A DNA stretch of 61,029 nucleotides, from positions 1 through 61,029 of the forward strand of contig CAJWAI010000004.1 in NCBI GenBank assembly GCA_913020145.1. The letters are read 5' to 3'. A model generated the notes under the pieces. That model was not told the DNA's origin. It worked only from the letters and a program-made list of their open reading frames with translations, and did not search any database. Of this stretch, positions 54,657 to 61,029 are shown piece after piece. This DNA is from an uncultured Gammaproteobacteria bacterium (lineage in GTDB: Bacteria; Pseudomonadota; Gammaproteobacteria; Magnimaribacterales; TMED112). The translations under genes were made by a program, and so were the position numbers. Numbering within the stretch: position 1 is the first letter of the stretch; every line of letters starts with the position of its first letter.

Positions 54657-56302
54657 AGTCTAAATACCCCATAGCCTTTTGCTCCCTTTACTTCATTGTT
54701 ATCCACAACAGACAAACAGAACCCTAAAACATTCCTAGTGTCCCTAGGATCTATAATTCCATCATCAGTAACCATACTGCTTGCAGATAGAGCGAGAGAC
54801 TCTTTTTCAGCAGCAGCTTCTATTAGTTCTACTAGTTGTTTATCTAATTTTTCATCAAATTTTTCTCCCTTTCTTTTTGCTTTAGCTCTTCTTACTAGAG
54901 ACATGACCCCTGCAAACTGTTTAGGACCCATTACTGCTACCTTGGCAGTTGGCCATGCAAATATAAATCTATTGTTAAAAGCTCTCCCAGACATCGCATA
55001 AGTTCCAGCACCATAGGATGCACCTACTACAAAAGTAATATGTGGCACTGTTGAATTTGAAACAGCATTAACCATTTGTGAGCCTTTTTTAATTATTGCT
55101 TGTCTCTCATATTCCTTTCCAACTAGAAATCCAGTGACATTATGCAAGAAAACTAAAGGAGTGCTTGTTTGGTTGCATAGTTGTATAAATGATGCAGATT
55201 TCTCTGCAGTTTCTGGATAGATAGGCCCATTATTGCCAAGTATTCCTATCGGATACCCAAAAACATTTGCCCACCCACAGACCATTGTTGATCCATACAA
55301 AGGTTTAAATTCCTCAAACCTTGAATCGTCTACGAATCTCATGATGACCTCTCTTATGTCAACTTGTTCTCTTAAATCTTCATTAAACAATCCAAGCAAA
55401 GCTTCAGAATCATGTTTAGGTTCCTTATATTGCCTTAAATCAAAATTGCTTCTCTTTACTAAATTCAAATGATTCACAACATTTCTGCATATTCTTAGAG
55501 CATCCATCTCATCTTCAGCAAGGTAATCAGAAAATCCTGAAACTTCTGAATGCATTTTTGCTCCACCTAAACTTTCATCATCAGATATCTCTCCTGTTGC
55601 CATTTGTACAAGGGGAGGGCCACCAAGAAAAACTTTCGACTGGTTTTTAATAAAAATGTTGTAGTCTGACATTCCGGGTTGATAAGCTCCACCAGCTGTT
55701 GAAGAACCAAACACCAAAGATATTACAGGGATTTTTAATTTAGACAGTTCTGTCATTTCATAAAAAGATCTGCCTGAATCTGCAAAGTGAGGATATTGTA
55801 ATTGCCTAACTAAATTTTGGCTTGTATCTGCAGTCGCTCCTCGAAGGTCGGCACCTGCTGATTCAACAAAATTTATAAATGGAATTCTATTCTCTCTAGC
55901 TATTTCTATGCATCTCATCCATTTTTCTTGTACATAGACTGTCATTGCTCCACCTAGTACTGATGGATCATTAGCAAAAATGACACATTCCTTGTCAGCC
56001 ACCAAACCTATACCTGCAACACAACCACCACCGACGGTATAAGTGGTTCCATATGCTGCATATGGGGAGATCTCTAAAAAAGGCGTATCAGGATCAAGTA
56101 AATTTTTTATTCTTTGACGCACTGGCATTTTTCCTCTAGCTGCAAGACGATCAAGATGGTACTGCCCACCCCCTAATTCAGCTTCATTGAGTAAAGAATT
56201 TAGATGTTCAATCTTTTCTAACATCATTTCTTTATTCTTCAGAAAGCTGTCTGAATCAAGATTTAAATTGCTCTTTAACTGTGGTGCGATGTTCTTATAC
56301 AT
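54653..56302 (-). CDS. Acyl-CoA carboxylase carboxyltransferase subunit (AtuC-like)
   Basis: VESAGADL, FGSSTAGGAYQPG, FLGGPPLV, HNVTGF, GASYGAG.YAM, DDGIIDPRDTR, YGVFRL; clustered with atuA. Confidence 0.93.
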   Translation of the reverse strand: MYKNIAPQLKSNLNLDSDSFLKNKEMMLEKIEHLNSLLNEAELGGGQYHLDRLAARGKMPVRQRIKNLLDPDTPFLEISPYAAYGTTYTVGGGCVAGIGLVADKECVIFANDPSVLGGAMTVYVQEKWMRCIEIARENRIPFINFVESAGADLRGATADTSQNLVRQLQYPHFADSGRSFYEMTELSKLKIPVISLVFGSSTAGGAYQPGMSDYNIFIKNQSKVFLGGPPLVQMATGEISDDESLGGAKMHSEVSGFSDYLAEDEMDALRICRNVVNHLNLVKRSNFDLRQYKEPKHDSEALLGLFNEDLREQVDIREVIMRFVDDSRFEEFKPLYGSTMVCGWANVFGYPIGILGNNGPIYPETAEKSASFIQLCNQTSTPLVFLHNVTGFLVGKEYERQAIIKKGSQMVNAVSNSTVPHITFVVGASYGAGTYAMSGRAFNNRFIFAWPTAKVAVMGPKQFAGVMSLVRRAKAKRKGEKFDEKLDKQLVELIEAAAEKESLALSASSMVTDDGIIDPRDTRNVLGFCLSVVDNNEVKGAKGYGVFRL

Positions 56303-56386
56303 AACTTTTTAGATATTATAGATTAAAATGCTTGATTTTCTAGAAAATTATTATTTCTAACTTCGCATAATATTGCACATTGAAAA

Positions 56387-57007
56387 TTATGTTTTTTGCT
56401 CAAATTTATAAGATGACGCTATTTTGAAAGCTTCTCTTTCAAAAAGCATATCTGTCCATCTTTTAATATTTGGTTTAAAGGCCTGATGAATTTCTAATGA
56501 TTTAGCTAGGTTGATAGCATAACTTACACATATATCAGCAATTGTGAATCTATTGCTACATAGATACTCTCTGTCTTCCAAACTTGACTCTAAAAGCTTT
56601 AGTCTTGAAACAAACCACCTGCTATAACCTTCAATTGCTGCATCGGCAACGCCTGGCTCCTGAAATTTATATCTTAAAACTACAGTCTGAGGAAAGGTTA
56701 GGGTAGCATCAGCATGAAATAGCCAGTTTAAATAATTTGGATAATCTTCTTCATCTGGCATGACTTTAAGGTCAGTTGGCCCATATCTATCTACAAAATA
56801 CTGACACATAGCAACAGACTCAGTCATTTTGATATCTCCATCGATCATATAGGGTACAGTCCCAAGCATGTTTACATCTAGATATTCTTTCATAAAGACT
56901 CTTGGAGGGAAGGGCATCATTTCAAGATCGAAATCTAAGCCCATTTCTTCAGCTGTCCATATTGGTCTTACTGCTCTTGAATTTTCGGTTCCGTAAATTT
57001 TAATCAT
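56387..57007 (-). CDS. Glutathione S-transferase family protein
   Basis: SRAVRPIW..EE, NMLGTVP, TESVAM, RFTIADI. Confidence 0.92.
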   Translation of the reverse strand: MIKIYGTENSRAVRPIWTAEEMGLDFDLEMMPFPPRVFMKEYLDVNMLGTVPYMIDGDIKMTESVAMCQYFVDRYGPTDLKVMPDEEDYPNYLNWLFHADATLTFPQTVVLRYKFQEPGVADAAIEGYSRWFVSRLKLLESSLEDREYLCSNRFTIADICVSYAINLAKSLEIHQAFKPNIKRWTDMLFEREAFKIASSYKFEQKT

Positions 57008-57044
57008 GATTTCTGCTACTTAATTATAATTGATGGCATCTATT

Positions 57045-57743
57045 TTAGTAGATGCCATCTACTTCTATAGAGCTTTCTTGAACTTTTATAAGCTCACCTT
57101 CATTGTTTTTAGCAACCATTTGGCCATTCGAATCAATTCCTAAGAATTCCAAGCGCTCATTACTAGACTTAATTTTCACAAATTGACCAATATGCACACA
57201 TTTTTTTATCCAATTTGATTCCCAAGAGCTCGATAATTGATCGTTAGTAATCTCTAGCAGACGATTAGATAGATCTTCTATTAACGATTCTTTTAATGAT
57301 TCATCAGATTTATCGATGCTTAGATCTCCCCAGTGTTTTTCTTCAGGATCAATCTGAAGATTTATACCTATACCTATTACAGTAATAAAATCTTTACCTA
57401 AATTCTGAGTTTCAACTAATATGCCTCCAACTTTCTTAGATCGATAGATCAAATCATTTGGCCATTTCAAACCTACATCGATATTAAAAACCTTCTTTAA
57501 AGCATCTGTTGCAATTAAGCCTGTTTTTATACTTGCTGCTGAAATTATCTTTTCTGATTTATAACCAAACGAGTAAGAAATATTGCCATGCGGACTTTTC
57601 CAATCTTTTTGGTTTCTTCCTCGCCCTCTAGTTTGTTTATCAGCCGTTATTACTATAGGCATTTCACTTTCTTTACACTTTTCAAAACAAATATCATTTG
57701 TTGAAGTAACTTCTTGGTAATGTGAGCGGTTATACTTAGGCAT
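57045..57743 (-). CDS. birA: Biotin-[acetyl-CoA-carboxylase] ligase, monofunctional (no HTH)
   Basis: STND, QTRGRGR..W.SP, LKWPNDL, KVGGILVE, GIGIN. Confidence 0.94.
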   Translation of the reverse strand: MPKYNRSHYQEVTSTNDICFEKCKESEMPIVITADKQTRGRGRNQKDWKSPHGNISYSFGYKSEKIISAASIKTGLIATDALKKVFNIDVGLKWPNDLIYRSKKVGGILVETQNLGKDFITVIGIGINLQIDPEEKHWGDLSIDKSDESLKESLIEDLSNRLLEITNDQLSSSWESNWIKKCVHIGQFVKIKSSNERLEFLGIDSNGQMVAKNNEGELIKVQESSIEVDGIY

Positions 57744-58428
57744 TCCTATCTTTCAATTGAAGAGGAACGTATATCAGATAAGTAAGAAGCCAAGCTACAG
57801 GAATTAACGCAACTATATGATAAGGAGCTTCAGGCATCGCCTGCATTATATTCTCGCCGTAAGGCTTTTCTAGGAGATACCAATAGTTTGTATCTAAAGC
57901 AAAGTTTATTGTGTACATTGCTGGCAAGAAACCAAAAGTGCTCCATAACATTGTAGCGAAATAGTCTTTTAAGTAAGGTCTTTCATTAGTTAAAGTCAAA
58001 ACAAATGAAACTCCTAAAAGAATGAGCGTATGACCATACATATGATTCAAATAATCGAAAGAAGGAAAACCAGTTAAAGTATCAGGCGTTAAAACCGACA
58101 TTCCTGCACCTGCAATTCCCCAAAAAAAAGCAAATAGGAAGAACATTCTATGCCCACCTAATAGATATATAGAAATACATATACTTGAAAATGCACACAT
58201 ATGAAGAGGTAGGGAATCTTTTACAATTTCACCGAAAAAAGCCACCTTGAGAAATGGGTCAAGTACCTCATGAGATAGCATTAAGAAAGCTAATACATAT
58301 CTAGCAATAGTAATGGTTCTTTCACTGCTACCAATAAAAAATCTAGGCAAATATACAGAAATACCAATGCAAAAAGCAGCAAAAATAATGTGTGAAGGTG
58401 CTAATAGGTTAAATGCTTCTGCTTCCAT
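57736..58428 (-). CDS. TIGR02206/YwaF (TMEM164-related) integral membrane protein
   Basis: LPLHMC, FFWGIAG..LTPD, YGH, NYWYL.KP, PEAPYH. Confidence 0.85.
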   Translation of the reverse strand: MEAEAFNLLAPSHIIFAAFCIGISVYLPRFFIGSSERTITIARYVLAFLMLSHEVLDPFLKVAFFGEIVKDSLPLHMCAFSSICISIYLLGGHRMFFLFAFFWGIAGAGMSVLTPDTLTGFPSFDYLNHMYGHTLILLGVSFVLTLTNERPYLKDYFATMLWSTFGFLPAMYTINFALDTNYWYLLEKPYGENIMQAMPEAPYHIVALIPVAWLLTYLIYVPLQLKDRNA

Positions 58429-60097
58429 GCTCTTTAATTAAATCAGCTGCTTTTTCTGCAATCATGATAGTTGGGGCATTAGTATTACCCCCTACTAAAG
58501 TTGGCATAATTGATGCATCAACAACTCTTAAGTTTTCTACTCCCTTAACTCTGAGAGAATTATCCACTACAGCCATATTGTCGATACCCATTTTACATGT
58601 TCCAACTGGATGGTAAATAGTATCAGACCTTGTTCTTATGGCCGTCTCAATAGCTTTATCATCATCAATATTTATTGGATTACGAATATTGTTAAATTTC
58701 TTTAAAGGCTCAGTGGTCATTATTTCCATCATTTTTTTATAGCCTTTAATTAATACTTCCATATCTGATTCTGCTGTTAGATAGTTTGGATCAATTAGAG
58801 GTGCAACCGTAGGATCTTTAGAGGCAATTTTTACTGTCCCTTTTGACTCAGGTCTTAATAAACAAACATGACAACTAAATCCATTGCCCCAAAGTTTAGT
58901 TCTGCCGTGATCCTCAACCATAGAAACAACAAAATGCAGCTGTATGTCTGGCATTTCAAGTGTCTTATCTGTTTTAATAAATGCTCCTCCCTCGGCTAAA
59001 GAAGATGAAAACATACCTGTGCGAAGCAACAGATACTTTAGAAGTTCAAAAGGAGCACGAAACCAAAACTTAAATGATCTGCTGCCCATCAATTCCCAAC
59101 TATCGACCCTATGTGAAGTTATATAATCTATATGGTCTTGTAGATTTTCTCCGACTCCAGGAAGATCAATTAAACAATCTATATCTTTAGTCCTCAAATA
59201 TTCTTTATTGCCAATTCCTGATCGCATTAATATTGATGGTGAGCCATACGCTCCTCCACAAAGCAAAATTTCCTTGCTTGCTTTAATAGAGAAAGTTTTA
59301 TCTTTTTTAATGCACTTTACACCGACAGCCTTTAAGCCATCAAATTCAACTTTTTCAACTACTGTTTCAGTAAAAATTGTTAGATTTTTTCTATCTTTAA
59401 CTGGATTTAGATATGCCACTGCTGCACTACATCTCTGTCCATTTTTTTGAGTAACCTGATAAAGGCCAACTCCTTCTTGCTTCTCTCCATTGAAATCATT
59501 ATTTTCAGGATAATGTTTTGAAGCTGCTTCGACAAAGAACCTTGTAAAAGGATTGTCATGTCTTAATTCTGCAATATTTAGTGGACCATCATTTCCATGA
59601 TACTCATCTTGCAATCTCTCATTACATTCAGACTTTATAAAATATGGCAGCACCTCATCATATGACCATCCATCATTTCCTAAAGAGGACCAATGATCAT
59701 AATCCCAGCGATGCCCCCTTACATATAACATTCCATTTATTGAACTAGAGCCACCTAATGTTTTTCCTCTTGGCTGAAATCCTCTTCTTTTTTCTTGGTG
59801 TGATTCTGGAACTTTATAGGAGCCTCCAAGTGTATCCTGCATGTTTGCGGAGCCTTCAGTTACAGTAACGCTATTAAATCCTTTTTGAGGTTCAGTATTA
59901 TACTGATAAGCGTATTCTGATTCTTCACCTTCTTTTACAAGAAAAGCAAACAATCCAGGAACATGTATTAAAGGACTTTTATCTACAGGACCTGTTTCTA
60001 TTAAACATACTTTTTTATTAGGGTCTTCAGTCAGTCTATTTGCCAATACACAACCTGCTGAGCCACCCCCAACAATCACATAATCAAAATCTATCAT
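58409..60097 (-). CDS. GMC oxidoreductase (AlkJ-like alcohol / choline dehydrogenase family)
   Basis: [50 protein letters not shown]; [17 protein letters not shown] resembles the AlkJ type. Confidence 0.94.
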   Translation of the reverse strand: MIDFDYVIVGGGSAGCVLANRLTEDPNKKVCLIETGPVDKSPLIHVPGLFAFLVKEGEESEYAYQYNTEPQKGFNSVTVTEGSANMQDTLGGSYKVPESHQEKRRGFQPRGKTLGGSSSINGMLYVRGHRWDYDHWSSLGNDGWSYDEVLPYFIKSECNERLQDEYHGNDGPLNIAELRHDNPFTRFFVEAASKHYPENNDFNGEKQEGVGLYQVTQKNGQRCSAAVAYLNPVKDRKNLTIFTETVVEKVEFDGLKAVGVKCIKKDKTFSIKASKEILLCGGAYGSPSILMRSGIGNKEYLRTKDIDCLIDLPGVGENLQDHIDYITSHRVDSWELMGSRSFKFWFRAPFELLKYLLLRTGMFSSSLAEGGAFIKTDKTLEMPDIQLHFVVSMVEDHGRTKLWGNGFSCHVCLLRPESKGTVKIASKDPTVAPLIDPNYLTAESDMEVLIKGYKKMMEIMTTEPLKKFNNIRNPINIDDDKAIETAIRTRSDTIYHPVGTCKMGIDNMAVVDNSLRVKGVENLRVVDASIMPTLVGGNTNAPTIMIAEKAADLIKEHGSRSI

Positions 60098-60840
60098 GCT
60101 TTCTTAAATTTATCCCAAACTAAAAATGGCAAATAAAGTGAAAAGAACACAGCAAGCGATAAAGGAATGACACCTAGCATATGAAATGGCGCAGCAGGCA
60201 TGAAATCCATTAAAGATGCTCCACCAGGCGTGTCCATTAAATACCAGTAATTTGCTATGTCAGAAACATTTTCTCCAGTTACAGGATCAACATAAGTAAA
60301 GCCACCAATAATTAAATTAATAATGTATATAGGTATTAAGAGAAGTAAGGAAATGGCTGCCATCTTTAAGAAATTCTGCAAATAAGGTCTATATTTAAGA
60401 ACAGCTAAAGCAAAGAAAATTCCTAAGACAATTTGCCCATGACCATAGAAAAACATAAAGTACTCAATATCTGGCCAGGCATAATCTAAGTCAGGAGTAA
60501 TTAGTGCCATTGTTGCTCCACCAATTCCCCAATAAAATGGAAGCTCAAAAAACATCTGATCTTTTTTCTTGGTTAACAGAAAAATTCCAATTAATACAGC
60601 ACTAAAGTTACACATATGTAATGGCAAGAAAGTTTGCCATGGCCTATCAAAACCATAGATGTATATAAACGGCTTTGCAATTTCAAAAACTAGTAAAGAA
60701 ACACCTATTACTTTAGCTGCCATATCCTGACTCTTTGTGTTTATAAAGTTACCTAAAAGGCATAGAAAAACTATTACTACACCTGAATAAATTAAAGATA
60801 ATACGTGCTGATCCCCAAAAAGAATAAATGGTTCTGTCAT
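60094..60840 (-). CDS. TIGR02206/YwaF (TMEM164-related) integral membrane protein (paralog)
   Basis: LPLHMC, FYWGIGG..ITPD, FFYGH, NYWYL..P, PAAPFH; AGGGGGA SD. Confidence 0.87.
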   Translation of the reverse strand: MTEPFILFGDQHVLSLIYSGVVIVFLCLLGNFINTKSQDMAAKVIGVSLLVFEIAKPFIYIYGFDRPWQTFLPLHMCNFSAVLIGIFLLTKKKDQMFFELPFYWGIGGATMALITPDLDYAWPDIEYFMFFYGHGQIVLGIFFALAVLKYRPYLQNFLKMAAISLLLLIPIYIINLIIGGFTYVDPVTGENVSDIANYWYLMDTPGGASLMDFMPAAPFHMLGVIPLSLAVFFSLYLPFLVWDKFKKA

Positions 60841-60928
60841 TGGTCCCCCTAAATAACCTAGTTTAATAATACAACCTCAGTTGATAGATACAAAATTTAA
60901 TTTAAGATGGAATTGTTGGAGCTTTTTA

Positions 60929-61029
60929 ATGTCTAATGACTGTCTTTTATTAAATGGTAACGGTAAACCCGTAAGTTACTTCCCGCTGTCTACAATTAAT
61001 TGGAAAACAGCGATAAGGCTTTTATTTAC
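60929..61029 (+). CDS. HNH endonuclease family protein, N-terminus (truncated by window edge)
   Basis: MSNDCLLLNGNGKPVSYFPLSTINWKTAIRLLF resembles the 'L.LNAD..PLS..PLS...W..AI' start of bacterial HNH proteins; GGAG SD; the HNH motif itself lies outside the window. Confidence 0.7.
   Translation, partial: MSNDCLLLNGNGKPVSYFPLSTINWKTAIRLLF

Noticed and set aside
54699-54707. Perfect DnaA box TTATCCACA
   Set aside because: Single copy inside a CDS; expected by chance
60929-61029. HNH gene as a homing endonuclease or defence system
   Set aside because: Only 33 codons are visible; this N-terminus is typical of a common stand-alone chromosomal family, and context is unavailable

Overview
AT-rich, extremely gene-dense bacterial chromosome segment with very short or overlapping intergenic spacers and no obvious mobile element. 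Gene order (ccmABCDEFGH-smc-zipA-ligA), bifunctional putA, fused IOR and many lipid, peptide and terpenoid catabolic genes suggest a streamlined marine gammaproteobacterium, most likely SAR86-like; this is inference and no marker gene is present. The window holds about 60 CDS, including several small or truncated ones missing from the ORF track, and two tRNAs (Leu-TAG, Val-GAC). Most notable observations: (1) an SMC of only 736 aa with intact ATPase head motifs but no recognisable hinge; (2) a GMC alcohol dehydrogenase sandwiched between two TIGR02206/TMEM164-like membrane paralogs, upstream of birA, a GST and an atuC/F/A/E-like cluster, possibly an undescribed isoprenoid or lipid-ester catabolic module; (3) a 90-aa protein with TMEM65-like motifs; (4) a 4x TTTGAACAC direct-repeat array between divergent hydrolase genes; (5) a Tdh lacking all four structural-Zn cysteines; (6) a cyanophage-type MazG; (7) probable ATT starts and leaderless mRNAs. 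All family calls come from motif recognition by eye, not database searches.
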